The position numbers were made by a program, and so were the translations under genes. From Candidatus Kerfeldbacteria bacterium (GTDB lineage: Bacteria > Patescibacteriota > Patescibacteriia > SBBC01 > CAIJZX01), in NCBI GenBank assembly GCA_903825245.1, contig CAIJZX010000012.1, positions 12,059 through 76,058 on the forward strand: 64,000 bases of DNA. The letters are read 5' to 3'. Shown piece after piece: positions 29,503-39,692 of the stretch. Under the pieces are notes generated by a model that had not been told where the DNA came from, searched no databases, and saw only the letters and a program-made list of their open reading frames with translations. Within the stretch, counting starts at the first letter, position 1; each line of letters begins with the position of its first letter.

Positions 29503-30369
29503 TTATTGCAGTAATTTTGATTCCGTTGCGAGTCCTTGCTGGATCGTGACGACATTCATTTTATGACTAATGAGGAGATTGACGATCGACTTTAGTTCAC
29601 CGGTCGTAATGGAAAGATGTTTTCCTGTCAAATCGAGTTCCGGCGCTGGGGTTACCCGATGGAAAACCAACACCAACCATCGTCCGTTGTTCTGTGCCCA
29701 CACACATAAATCCAGAATTTTTGTTACCGGTATATCGGAAGTGACGATGATTGCCGGCATTTCCATCGGGTTGCCACCTTTGAGCGGCAGACCATTCTCA
29801 AGTTTCCTCCCGGATTCATAACCCGCCCGCTGTACAGCAGCTTCCACCGGTTGGTTATACAAGCCGCCGGGATAAGCAAAGTCCACGACCGGAATACCGA
29901 GATTCTCTAGATCCTTTTTCGATCCTTGGAGTTCAGTATCGACGCGCTCCATCGACATCGATGTTAAATCTTGGTGCGATTGTGTATGTGAGGCGATCTC
30001 GTGTCCCTGGTGATACAGTGTTTGTACTTGGGAAGCATCCATGAAATTTGGATCGTGGCCATCCAGATAATTCGTGATGATGTACTGGGTGCTTTTGAGG
30101 TGTGCGGCATTCAATATCGGTATAGCATTTTGATAGACCTCCTCCGTCCCATCATCGAACGTCAACGATACCATATGGAACGGCTTTGGTTTTTTCGGCT
30201 TTGAAGCCAATGCTGGTTTGACTGTCATCTTTGTTGAAGTCGCAACTGTTTTTTCCAGCCCACTAGAAATGGAATATACGATAAAAACGCCACAAAAAAT
30301 AATTGTGGCTACAGAAAAAAATTTAACCTTCTTATGCGAGATCGAGAACAGCGGTGAGATGTACTTCAT
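29503..30369 (-). CDS. Polysaccharide deacetylase (CE4/NodB domain), membrane anchored
   Basis: HMVSLTFDDG motif 1 and HEIASHTQSH motif 2 of NodB homology domains. Confidence 0.8.
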   Translation of the reverse strand: MKYISPLFSISHKKVKFFSVATIIFCGVFIVYSISSGLEKTVATSTKMTVKPALASKPKKPKPFHMVSLTFDDGTEEVYQNAIPILNAAHLKSTQYIITNYLDGHDPNFMDASQVQTLYHQGHEIASHTQSHQDLTSMSMERVDTELQGSKKDLENLGIPVVDFAYPGGLYNQPVEAAVQRAGYESGRKLENGLPLKGGNPMEMPAIIVTSDIPVTKILDLCVWAQNNGRWLVLVFHRVTPAPELDLTGKHLSITTGELKSIVNLLISHKMNVVTIQQGLATESKLLQ

Positions 30370-30639
30370 GATTAGCCTGCTTCTCTATTTCCAAATAGAC
30401 GACTGAAGATTACCCTGAGCTTAAGATCTACTTTACTTTTTCGAATTTACTCATTACATATCATCTGATTCCTTTTTATTATACCATAAAAATATCTTTT
30501 GTAAAGCTGATGGTTATAGTTGAAGAACGTAAGGATGTACGTCATTCATGTGGAAATATCATGCTAACGTGTGTCATGTCGTTTATTGACAAACCATCTC
30601 CATATTGTTACCGTTAGCATCGTAACTAATCAAATACGT

Positions 30640-31641
30640 ATGTCTACACTTCAAGGAAAACGCGTTCTCGTCACTGGTGCTGACGGTTTTATTGGTAGTC
30701 ATCTTGTTGAACAGTTACTCGCCCAAGGATGCCGTGTACGTGCTCTAGTGTACTATAACTCCTTCAATTCCTGGGGCTGGATCGACTCATTCGGTGTGGC
30801 GCAAAAGCAACTCATCGACGTTATGCCTGGTGATGTTCGGGATCCGAACTGCATGCGTGAAGCAGTGAAAGATATGGATATCGTTTTCCATCTGGCTGCA
30901 CTGATCGCCATTCCCTACAGCTACTCGGCACCCGACAGTTACGTCGATACGAACATCCGTGGAACATTGAATGTTTTACAAGCCTGCCGCCAACATGAAA
31001 CACGACGCGTGCTCGTAACTTCGACATCGGAAGTATATGGAACTGCGCAATACGTACCGATTGACGAAAAACATCCGTTCCAAGGACAGTCGCCATATTC
31101 GGCCACGAAAATCGGCGCCGACCGCATCGCTGAATCATTCTATCGCAGCTTTGAATTACCGGTAACCATTGTCCGTCCGTTCAATACGTACGGACCACGT
31201 CAATCAGCTCGGGCATTCATCCCCTCGCTCATCTCACAATTACTATCCGGTTCGTTGGAAATTAAAATGGGTACTCGCACGACGACGCGAGACCTCGTTT
31301 TCGTCAAAGATACAGCCCGCGCTTTTGTCGCCATCGCCCAGGCTGATGCAACAATCGGGCAGGAATTGAATATCGCCACGCAACAAGAACATTCAATTGG
31401 CGATATCGCCGATACCTTGGTGAGGATGATCGAACCGAAGGCAAAATTGATTGAGGAGAAAATTAGGCTTCGTCCGCAAAAAAGCGAGGTCGACCGATTG
31501 CTAGGCAGCAACGAGAAGATTCGTTCGCTCACGGATTGGCAACCGACACATTCGATCGAACAGGGGTTGGAGGAAACGATTGCCTGGTTCAAATCAGGGA
31601 ACAATCTTGATCGGTACAAACCGGATATCTATAACCTCTAA
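30640..31641 (+). CDS. NAD-dependent sugar-nucleotide epimerase/dehydratase (SDR extended family)
   Basis: VLVTGADGFIGSHL Rossmann motif and SPYSATKIGAD (YxxxK). Start at ATG 30640 (MSTLQGK). Confidence 0.8.
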   Translation: MSTLQGKRVLVTGADGFIGSHLVEQLLAQGCRVRALVYYNSFNSWGWIDSFGVAQKQLIDVMPGDVRDPNCMREAVKDMDIVFHLAALIAIPYSYSAPDSYVDTNIRGTLNVLQACRQHETRRVLVTSTSEVYGTAQYVPIDEKHPFQGQSPYSATKIGADRIAESFYRSFELPVTIVRPFNTYGPRQSARAFIPSLISQLLSGSLEIKMGTRTTTRDLVFVKDTARAFVAIAQADATIGQELNIATQQEHSIGDIADTLVRMIEPKAKLIEEKIRLRPQKSEVDRLLGSNEKIRSLTDWQPTHSIEQGLEETIAWFKSGNNLDRYKPDIYNL

Positions 31642-31645
31642 CACT

Positions 31646-32353
31646 ATGCAGGCTGTCATTCTTGCCGGCGGAAAAGGCACGCGACTGAAACCGTTCACCA
31701 CATTCCTACCGAAGCCGCTCGTTCCGGTCGGCGATGTCCCCATCCTCGAGGTGGTGTTGCGCCAATTGAAACACTACGGCTTCACTGACGCAGTCCTGGC
31801 GGTCAATCATTTGGCCGAGTTAATCATGACCTTTTTCGGCAATGGCGACAAACTCGGTATGCACATCACCTACTCTCGCGAAGAACAACCGCTCGGTACC
31901 GCGGGTCCGGTCGCGCTCGTCGACAAACTGGATGATCATTTTTTGGTCATGAACGGCGATCTATTGACGACCGTTAATTTTAAGCAGCTCTATGACTATC
32001 ATATCGCCCAGAAGAACGATGTGACGATCTGCACAGCCAAGAGAGAAGTGAAAATTGATTTGGGTGTTCTAGAAATCAAGGATAATGCTTTCGTAAATTA
32101 CAATGAAAAACCGACCTTGAGTTACTGGGTCAGTTCCGGCATCTACATTCTCAATCGCGATGTAGTCAAGACTATCCCGCAAGGAAAACCATACGATATG
32201 CCGACCTTGATGATGGAATTGCATCGCCAAGGAAAAAAGATCGGTTGCTATACCGAAGATTTCTACTGGCTTGATATCGGCCGCGTCGACGATTACGAAA
32301 CGGCGGTGAGAATTTTCAACGAAAAAAAGGATCAATTCCTCCCCAATGGATAA
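31646..32353 (+). CDS. Sugar-1-phosphate nucleotidyltransferase, likely mannose-1-P guanylyltransferase feeding gmd
   Basis: MQAVILAGGKGTRLKPFT...PKPLVPV N-terminal NTP-transferase signature. 236 aa. Confidence 0.7.
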   Translation: MQAVILAGGKGTRLKPFTTFLPKPLVPVGDVPILEVVLRQLKHYGFTDAVLAVNHLAELIMTFFGNGDKLGMHITYSREEQPLGTAGPVALVDKLDDHFLVMNGDLLTTVNFKQLYDYHIAQKNDVTICTAKREVKIDLGVLEIKDNAFVNYNEKPTLSYWVSSGIYILNRDVVKTIPQGKPYDMPTLMMELHRQGKKIGCYTEDFYWLDIGRVDDYETAVRIFNEKKDQFLPNG

Positions 32354-33251
32354 GGTCTGCATTCTCGGCATCGACGGCTTCACCGGCAGTCATTTCCTCG
32401 ACTACATACAAACACACCGACTGGCTGAACAGTATGATTTCTTTGGTTTTAGTCGGACGCCCACGCACGTGCACATCCCGATCTCGGCGTTATCCGCCAC
32501 TGATCGAGGCGCGCTATCGGCCACGCTGAAAAAATTACAACCGCAGTATATCGTCAATCTCATCGGTTCGCCGCAACCCGCCACACTGGAAGCGGCAGTC
32601 GCACTCAACGCGACGATTAGCCAGTGGATTTGCGAAATTACGTTAGAGGAACACCTACCACTGAAAAAGTTACTCGCCATCGGTTCGGCAGCGGAATACG
32701 GAGTTCCGGAGTCTCTCCCAATCACCGAGTTACACCCACTCCAACCCGTCTCGATGTACGGCTTAGCTAAAGCGTGGCAAACACAGGTTCTGTCTTATTT
32801 CCATCGTAAACATTCTTTACCGATCAACGTCGCTAGGACGTTCAACATCATCGGTTCGGGCATGCCGAACTATCTCTCCATCGGCTCGTTCGCGGAACAA
32901 ATCCGCACTCTTGGTGATGTCGGGAAACTGCTCGTCGGAAATATCGAATCTAAACGTGATTTTCTTAACATCAACGATGTCATCGATGCGTATTGGAAGA
33001 TACTGATCGACGCCCCAAGCGGCGAAATATACAATGTATGCAATGGATCTTCTCTCTCCATGCGCGAGATACTGCAAACAATGATCAAAGCTTCACATAA
33101 AAACATTACCATCCACCTCGATCAGCAACGAGTCAAACGACACGATGTCCCGGATATTTACGGCGATAACCAAAAATTGCAACAAGCCACAAACTGGAAA
33201 CCGAGCGGTACCCTGACGGCGGAATTAACCGAGATTGTCCAGGCTTCGTGA
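32346..33251 (+). CDS. GDP-4-keto-6-deoxy-D-mannose reductase-like SDR (Rmd/Tld family paralogue)
   Basis: ILGIDGFTGSHF, MYGLAKAWQ (YxxxK), NIIGSG, VGNIESKRDF and IYNVCNG are co-linear with Rmd motifs. Confidence 0.55.
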   Translation: MDKVCILGIDGFTGSHFLDYIQTHRLAEQYDFFGFSRTPTHVHIPISALSATDRGALSATLKKLQPQYIVNLIGSPQPATLEAAVALNATISQWICEITLEEHLPLKKLLAIGSAAEYGVPESLPITELHPLQPVSMYGLAKAWQTQVLSYFHRKHSLPINVARTFNIIGSGMPNYLSIGSFAEQIRTLGDVGKLLVGNIESKRDFLNINDVIDAYWKILIDAPSGEIYNVCNGSSLSMREILQTMIKASHKNITIHLDQQRVKRHDVPDIYGDNQKLQQATNWKPSGTLTAELTEIVQAS

Positions 33252-33340
33252 ACTTCTGACAGCAGTCTTCGGTAGACTGGCAGTTTTGACGTATTCTTGA
33301 AATTTCGATATACTGAACCAGTTATTCGGTAGTAACTTTT

Positions 33341-34372
33341 ATGAAAAAAGCACTGATTACCGGCATCACCGGCCAGGATGGCTCCTACCTCGCGGATTTC
33401 CTACTAACAAAAGATTATGAAATTCACGGTATCGTCCGCCGCGCAAGCTCATTTAATCGTGAGCGTATTGAACATATCCTGAATACCCCTGAACTCCAAT
33501 CTCGGGTGCATCTGCATTACGGAGATTTGAGCGATAGTAGTTCAATTAATCAAATTGTCAAAACTGTCAAACCCGATGAAATCTATCATCTCGGAGCGCA
33601 AAGCCATGTGCGGATTAGTTTTGACATTCCTGAATACACCGGTGATGTGACTGCACTCGGAACACTACGCTTACTTGACGCCATTCGAGATTCGGGCATA
33701 AACACGAAATTCTATCAAGCATCCTCGAGTGAAATGTTCGGCCAGGTAGCCGAAATCCCACAAACCGAACGTACACCATTTCACCCCCGCAGTCCGTACG
33801 GTGTTGCCAAGGTTTATGGGTATTGGATCACCGTTAATTACCGGGAAAGCTACGATATGTTCGCTACAAATGGCATCCTCTTTAATCACGAATCGCCCCG
33901 ACGCGGTGAAAATTTCGTCACACGGAAGATCACCCACACATTAGCGAACATCAAATTTGGATATGAAAAAAAGCTCTCGCTCGGGAATTTAAACGCCCAA
34001 CGCGATTGGGGGTACGCGCCGGACTACGTCGAAGCGATGTGGCTGATGCTCCAGGCGGCAAAACCAACTGACTATGTCGTCGCCACCGGTGAAACGCACT
34101 CGGTCAAAGAATTCGTCGATACCGCGGCCGCGGCCGCCGGTTTCGAATTGTCGTGGGAAGGCACGGGAGTCGACGAAAAGGGCATCGATCGAAAAACCGG
34201 CCAAACAATCGTGGACATCGATCCCAGGTTTTTCCGTCCGGCCGAAGTCGATCTGCTCATCGGAAATCCGGCGAAAGCCCAGCAAGAACTCGGCTGGAAA
34301 CCAAAAGTGAGCTTTTCGAAACTCGTTGAATTGATGGTCATCGCCGATCTCGAGCAAGCAAGCAAACGGTAA
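33341..34372 (+). CDS. gmd: GDP-mannose 4,6-dehydratase
   Basis: [22 protein letters not shown]...HLHYGDLSD...HLGAQSHV is a canonical Gmd sequence. Confidence 0.9.
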   Translation: MKKALITGITGQDGSYLADFLLTKDYEIHGIVRRASSFNRERIEHILNTPELQSRVHLHYGDLSDSSSINQIVKTVKPDEIYHLGAQSHVRISFDIPEYTGDVTALGTLRLLDAIRDSGINTKFYQASSSEMFGQVAEIPQTERTPFHPRSPYGVAKVYGYWITVNYRESYDMFATNGILFNHESPRRGENFVTRKITHTLANIKFGYEKKLSLGNLNAQRDWGYAPDYVEAMWLMLQAAKPTDYVVATGETHSVKEFVDTAAAAAGFELSWEGTGVDEKGIDRKTGQTIVDIDPRFFRPAEVDLLIGNPAKAQQELGWKPKVSFSKLVELMVIADLEQASKR

Positions 34373-34377
34373 CCCAC

Positions 34378-35289
34378 ATGCGAGTATTCATTACGGGAAT
34401 TGACGGTTTCGTCGGCCGATATCTAGCCCATGAACTCTCGCGATACGGTAGTGAGGTTTTTGGCACGACGATGGGAACAGCTTCCGACCATGTGATGCAT
34501 ATGGAAGTGACCGATATGGCCAGTGTTCGAACGGCCATTCAAGACGTACGACCGGACCAGGTGTTTCATCTAGCCGGCTTTACCTCGGTCAAACAAAGTT
34601 GGAGCCACCCCGAAGATGCGTTGCGTGTCAATCGCAATGGTACAAAAAACGTCTATACCGCCCTCACGGAACTGCAACATATGCCGAAAGTTTTACTGAC
34701 AAGCACCGCCGAGGTGTACGGCATCCCGGCCTCGATTCCGATCACCGAAACGCACCCGACCGCGCCAAACAATCCGTATGCAGTGTCAAAATTAGCCCAA
34801 GAATCTATATCAAACGATTACCCTGGCATCACCACGGTCATTACACGGAGCTTTCCGCACATCGGTCCGGGACAGAGTCCGTCGTTTGTCACCTCGGATT
34901 TTGCCCAGCAAATCGTTCGTGTAGAACGCGGTCAAGCGACGTCGATTCATGTCGGCAATCTCGATGCCCGACGCGATTTTACCGATGTGCGGGACGTCGT
35001 TCGGGCATATCGTTTGCTGCTCGACCAAGCTCATGCACATGACATTGTGAATGTTTGTTCAGGGAATACATACAGCATCAAGGAGCTACTCGATACGTTG
35101 GTACGAAATTCAACTTCCAAGGCTATTGTCATCGAACATGACCCAGAACGACTGAGGCCGTCTGATATACCGGTATTATCCGGTTCCTCACAACATTTGC
35201 ACGAACTAACCGGTTGGCACCCATCAATTGATATTCTTGCCACCACACTACCAGAAATTCTGGATTATTGGAGAAAGATTACCTGGTAA
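34378..35289 (+). CDS. rmd: GDP-4-dehydro-6-deoxy-D-mannose reductase (Rmd, GDP-D-rhamnose synthase)
   Basis: RVFITGIDGFVGRYL, PYAVSKLA, HIGPGQ, VGNLDARRDFTDVRDVVRAYRLLL and VNVCSG match the Rmd signature blocks. The gene directly follows gmd. Confidence 0.75.
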   Translation: MRVFITGIDGFVGRYLAHELSRYGSEVFGTTMGTASDHVMHMEVTDMASVRTAIQDVRPDQVFHLAGFTSVKQSWSHPEDALRVNRNGTKNVYTALTELQHMPKVLLTSTAEVYGIPASIPITETHPTAPNNPYAVSKLAQESISNDYPGITTVITRSFPHIGPGQSPSFVTSDFAQQIVRVERGQATSIHVGNLDARRDFTDVRDVVRAYRLLLDQAHAHDIVNVCSGNTYSIKELLDTLVRNSTSKAIVIEHDPERLRPSDIPVLSGSSQHLHELTGWHPSIDILATTLPEILDYWRKITW

Positions 35290-35428
35290 CGACATGCAGT
35301 TCAATCAACAATGGAAATATGTTTTGCATGCCGTTTGTAACGGCTAGTCAGGATAGTTGATTTAAGAAAGAGATCAAGACTCTAAACTAGAAAGATTGAC
35401 GCTGCCTTGAGGGTAATTACCATGTTAT

Positions 35429-35456
35429 TTGATTTCCTCTTACACAAGCGTATACT
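35429..35456 (+). promoter_or_regulatory. Candidate promoter TTGATT-N16-TATACT
   Basis: It lies in an AT-rich intergenic region 32 nt upstream of the 35488 methyltransferase gene. Confidence 0.35.
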
Positions 35457-35487
35457 GTATTTTAGCTGAGTATTAATTTCAATTCAC

Positions 35488-36342
35488 ATGAAAAATCCAT
35501 TGAAAAAAGCCATGTCGGGTTCCTTTTTCTTTCGACATCCGTCAAGTTTAATGTTTATTCGAACACTATACTATTGGCCTATAGACACTTTCGAACAACT
35601 TTTCGGACTCCGCGATCCTTTAACACCTCCCCGTGGTAAAGTTTTTATCGGCGGAGGAAATTACCGGAAGTTGGGAGAGGTTTTTTTACAATATTTCATT
35701 GAATTAGGCCATTTACAAAAAAATGCAGCCGTACTCGACGTAGGTTGTGGAATTGGAAGAATGGCAGCACCATTGACTAAGTATCTTTCCACCGAGGGGC
35801 GATATGAAGGATTTGACATCGTCCAAGAAGGAACAGATTGGTCAAAAAAGAACATTACTGTTCGCTTTCCTAATTTCCAATTCCAGTTTGCTGATATTTG
35901 GAATAAAATTTATAATCCGCGGGGGAAATTCCAAGCATCAAGCTATAAGTTTCCCTACCCTGACAACACGTTTGATTTTTGCTTTTTGACATCCGTGTTT
36001 ACACACATGCTGTCATCTGATGTACACCAATACCTTAAAGAAATTTCTAGAACATTAAAGCCAGGTGGGAAGATATTTGCCACGTATTTCTTACTAAATG
36101 AAGAATCGAGTACCTTGGCATCACAGAGCAAGAGTACTTTAAGATTTCCTTATGGACGAGAGGGGTGTTACTTGGAAAATGAAGTTGCACCTGAAACAGC
36201 AGTTGCTTATACAGAGAAATCCGTAAGGGAGCAATTTATTTCGCTGGGACTTACTATCACCGAACCGATTCACTTTGGTAATTGGTGCGGACGACCAGCG
36301 TTTCTTTCATATCAAGATATAGTTGTAGCTGAAAAAAAATAG
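35488..36342 (+). CDS. Class I SAM-dependent methyltransferase
   Basis: LDVGCGIGRMAAPL motif I. The gene is visibly AT-rich relative to its neighbours. Confidence 0.75.
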   Translation: MKNPLKKAMSGSFFFRHPSSLMFIRTLYYWPIDTFEQLFGLRDPLTPPRGKVFIGGGNYRKLGEVFLQYFIELGHLQKNAAVLDVGCGIGRMAAPLTKYLSTEGRYEGFDIVQEGTDWSKKNITVRFPNFQFQFADIWNKIYNPRGKFQASSYKFPYPDNTFDFCFLTSVFTHMLSSDVHQYLKEISRTLKPGGKIFATYFLLNEESSTLASQSKSTLRFPYGREGCYLENEVAPETAVAYTEKSVREQFISLGLTITEPIHFGNWCGRPAFLSYQDIVVAEKK

Positions 36343-36513
36343 AAATTCATTCATACCCTTTAGCTCGCTAAATCACTGGGCGTTTTTAAACCTCGTCATT
36401 TTTGCAAAAGGGTAAGTTTAAACTCGAATCGTTGTTCCGGCGAAGAAAACGTGGTTTTCTGTGCAATTGCAGGAAACTACATTATTAGGGAATGACCCGA
36501 AAGTGATATCTGT

Positions 36514-36542
36514 TTGACTTCTTATAAGAAAATGAGTATAAT
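36514..36542 (+). promoter_or_regulatory. Consensus promoter TTGACT-N17-TATAAT
   Basis: Perfect -35 and -10 hexamers with a 17-nt spacer, ~50 nt before the 36596 gene at the head of a plus-strand glycan operon. Confidence 0.5.
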
Positions 36543-36595
36543 GTTTGTGTTAGAACATAGCAAAGATTTTTTTGATTGAGGAAATTCTGCCCTGA

Positions 36596-37423
36596 TTGAA
36601 GCAACCAATACCTCCAACGGAAATGCCACAACGAACGGTAACTTTTGAAACGAAATGCTGGGACAAAGACTGGCGTTTTTTGTTAACTACGAACTATCTC
36701 GAAAAAAATATTGCCCATCAACAATTCCCATTCACTCGGCGCGTCATATTCATCAATAATGTCCGCGACACACAGGCGGTAACAACCGCGGCGGACCGAA
36801 TAAAAAGTCAAGGCGTTATTGACGACTACTACGTAGTCGAACAATATGCGGACGAAGCGTTGCGTTTTTTTCAAATTCCAAAGGAATCATTCGGTCGGGG
36901 GTATTATTATTCGATCGCTGAATTAGTTAGCCTCTATCTTTGCTCGACCGAGTATATCCTGCATTTTGCCGGCGATACCTACATGCCACAGCCATCGGAC
37001 TGGGTTACACCAGCTCTCGACATTTTAGAACGACGACCTGACATCGTGATAGCAAATCCGACCTGGAATAATAACTATCTCGGAGCGGAGCAGGAATCGA
37101 CCAGCCAGGATAATGATTTTTTTTACGGTTATGGTTTTTCCGATCAATGCTACCTCGTGCGAACGAGAGATTTTCGACAACCGATATATATGGAGAAAAA
37201 TAACGCTTCCGAACGATATCCCGAATACGGCGGTGAATTATTTGAGAAACGTGTCGATGCTTGGATGCGGAATCATCAACATCTTCGGGCAACATATCGA
37301 CACAACTCATACATCCATCAGAACTTTCCGCACCTTTGGTGGCAAAAGAAATTGGCCTTGCGAAAATGGGGCGTTTTGAATGAAGCACAAAGCGCAGTAA
37401 CCGCAACTCACCGTATCGTCTGA
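36596..37423 (+). CDS. Hypothetical protein (275 aa), possibly a nucleotide-sugar transferase-like enzyme
   Basis: Soluble with no TM. First gene after the strong promoter. No recognisable motif. Confidence 0.45.
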   Translation: MKQPIPPTEMPQRTVTFETKCWDKDWRFLLTTNYLEKNIAHQQFPFTRRVIFINNVRDTQAVTTAADRIKSQGVIDDYYVVEQYADEALRFFQIPKESFGRGYYYSIAELVSLYLCSTEYILHFAGDTYMPQPSDWVTPALDILERRPDIVIANPTWNNNYLGAEQESTSQDNDFFYGYGFSDQCYLVRTRDFRQPIYMEKNNASERYPEYGGELFEKRVDAWMRNHQHLRATYRHNSYIHQNFPHLWWQKKLALRKWGVLNEAQSAVTATHRIV

Positions 37424-37434
37424 TACTATCGACT

Positions 37435-38877
37435 ATGCCTTCCCGATTGAATAAAATGCAGATTATCACCAGGAATTTCGCCAGTTTGTCGTTTTCGCAA
37501 TTCATATCCCTCGGACTTGGCGTCTTCATTTCCATTTTTACTATTCGGTATCTGGGGGTTACGAATTATGGCCGCTACTCGTTGGTTATCACAATCGTAG
37601 GACTTTTTGGCTTCGTCGTCGATCTTGGATTATCACAACTCGTGATTCGTGAGGTGAGCAAAAAACGGGAAGATGCCGACAAATACTTTGGAAATTTTTT
37701 GATCGTTCAAACAGCGATCGGCATTGGTATGTATCTACTACTCGTGATCTTCGTCAATGTCCTCCACTATCCGCAGGTTATTCGGTTGGGAGCGTATATC
37801 GTGGGCGGCAGTATGCTCCTCAACGCTTTGGCCCGACCGTTCTATGCGATTCTCACGGCCTTGGAAGAAATGCAAATTGTGGCTTTGGCAAATACCATCG
37901 GCATTCTGCTCAACTTTGTTGGACTATTAGCTGTAATTCATTTTAAAGCGAACTTGAATGCTTTCTTTACCCTCATCCTCGCGTCAAGTCTCGTTTCCAC
38001 ACTTTTTTTCATTCTTTTTTCACGTCGTTTCTTTCGAATTACGGTCCAATTTGATCGAATTTTGATTAAACACCTCCTTCTTCTTACCATACCGTTCGCA
38101 CTACTGATGACATTTAATATCATTTACGGCAAGGTTGACGTATTTCTCATTTCTCGTATTTTGCATAGTGACTCTGCGGTTGGCCTCTATTCATCGGCGT
38201 ATAAATTTATCGACGCCTTGATCATTTTAATGTCGACGATATCCGGCGTCCTGTTCCCGGTCATCGTCAAGAATTTCGCCGATGCGGGCGCGACGAACTT
38301 CATAGCTTCACGGGCAATAAAGTATACCTCGGCGGTTGGGCTTCCAATTGCTTTTGGCGTTTCGCTACTTGGAACGAAGATCATAACAACTGTCCTTGGC
38401 CAAAATTTTCATGACTCGGGTAACATCTTAAAAATCCTCATTTGGATAATCGCGCTTGTCAGCGCATATTCGATTCTCGGATGCGTATTAACTGCGGCCA
38501 ACAAAGTTTCCATGATGGTTCGCTTTAATGCTCTTGGCATCGTCGTCAATGTTGCGGCCAATCTTTTTTTTATCCCACGACTCGGAATAAAAGGTGCGGC
38601 CATAAGCAATATCATTTCCGAAGTCATGATGTTAGCGCTCTACGCGTACTATTCTCGGAACTATTTACAGTACCGCCAATTACGATATGATTTCTTAAAG
38701 ATTGCCGGAGGTTGTGGACTGATGTTTGTGGCTTGGAAATTTCTGCCGTCAATGAATCTGCTTCTCATGATCATTATCCTTGCCCTCGTTTATGGTGCCA
38801 CACTCTTATTGACAAAATTTATCCATAAGAACGAGTATCATTTTATTAAGCAAATTTGGGCCGCTCAACCTAAATAA
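37435..38877 (+). CDS. wzx: Wzx-type oligosaccharide flippase (MOP/polysaccharide biosynthesis protein family)
   Basis: 480 aa, about 12-14 TM, RfbX-like organisation. Start probably at MQIITRN (37456). Confidence 0.75.
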   Translation: MPSRLNKMQIITRNFASLSFSQFISLGLGVFISIFTIRYLGVTNYGRYSLVITIVGLFGFVVDLGLSQLVIREVSKKREDADKYFGNFLIVQTAIGIGMYLLLVIFVNVLHYPQVIRLGAYIVGGSMLLNALARPFYAILTALEEMQIVALANTIGILLNFVGLLAVIHFKANLNAFFTLILASSLVSTLFFILFSRRFFRITVQFDRILIKHLLLLTIPFALLMTFNIIYGKVDVFLISRILHSDSAVGLYSSAYKFIDALIILMSTISGVLFPVIVKNFADAGATNFIASRAIKYTSAVGLPIAFGVSLLGTKIITTVLGQNFHDSGNILKILIWIIALVSAYSILGCVLTAANKVSMMVRFNALGIVVNVAANLFFIPRLGIKGAAISNIISEVMMLALYAYYSRNYLQYRQLRYDFLKIAGGCGLMFVAWKFLPSMNLLLMIIILALVYGATLLLTKFIHKNEYHFIKQIWAAQPK

Positions 38878-38897
38878 GAAAATTTAACCTAACGTGT

Positions 38898-39692
38898 ATG
38901 ACCGAACGACCATGCCATTGTGGTGAATCAAAATACCAGCGGCTCTTTACTGCCAAAGGATTCTGCATTGGACGCTGTCTTGCCTGTCAGCAGGTGCGGA
39001 CAGTAACCATCGGCACATCTCCCCTCTCAACTGATGAACACTACGATGAACGTTACGCCCAGGGATATGAAGCAAACATCGCCACCTACGACCCACATTA
39101 CATTCGCGTCGTATCGTTGCTTGAGCGTTACCGTCAAGCCCCTGGAGAGCTACTGGATGTTGGTTGCGGAACTGGCGGCTTAATACGAGCGGCACAAAAA
39201 TCTGGTTGGCACGCCACCGGAGTTGATATATCAGAAGCGAACTGCGCCCAGGCGCGAAAGTACGGTTTGACAGCAGATCCTGTTACCATTTTTCAGGTAT
39301 CTCATCAGAACGGATCGCTGGATGTTATCACTGCGAACCATGTATTAGAACACGTTGACCAACCGGTCGAGTTTGTTCGAAAGGCATTCCAATTATTGAA
39401 AAACGGTGGTTTGTTAGTCATTGGAGTTCCTAATTTTGGAAGTTTCATGTCACGTATCTATCGCGACCGTTGGGTTTCTCTTCATCCTGAAGATCATATT
39501 TGGCAATTTTCTCCTCGGACGTTACAATTCCTGTTAACACAAGCCGGATTTGCCCCACAAGCGATTTTTTTCGACAGTCATAGCCGAAAAACTGTTGGTG
39601 TACCGATTCGCTATGCCTATCAACTTCTTGATGTCGTCGCTACCGTATTCCGCGCTGGTGAGGCCATGTTATTGATTGCTAAAAAACCATGA
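38898..39692 (+). CDS. Class I SAM-dependent methyltransferase with an N-terminal Cys4 zinc-ribbon
   Basis: CHCGES...CIGRCLAC, then LDVGCGTGGL motif I. Confidence 0.75.
   Translation: MTERPCHCGESKYQRLFTAKGFCIGRCLACQQVRTVTIGTSPLSTDEHYDERYAQGYEANIATYDPHYIRVVSLLERYRQAPGELLDVGCGTGGLIRAAQKSGWHATGVDISEANCAQARKYGLTADPVTIFQVSHQNGSLDVITANHVLEHVDQPVEFVRKAFQLLKNGGLLVIGVPNFGSFMSRIYRDRWVSLHPEDHIWQFSPRTLQFLLTQAGFAPQAIFFDSHSRKTVGVPIRYAYQLLDVVATVFRAGEAMLLIAKKP

Noticed and set aside
30586-30639. TTGACA hexamer upstream of the epimerase gene
   Set aside because: No acceptable -10 at 16-18 nt spacing.
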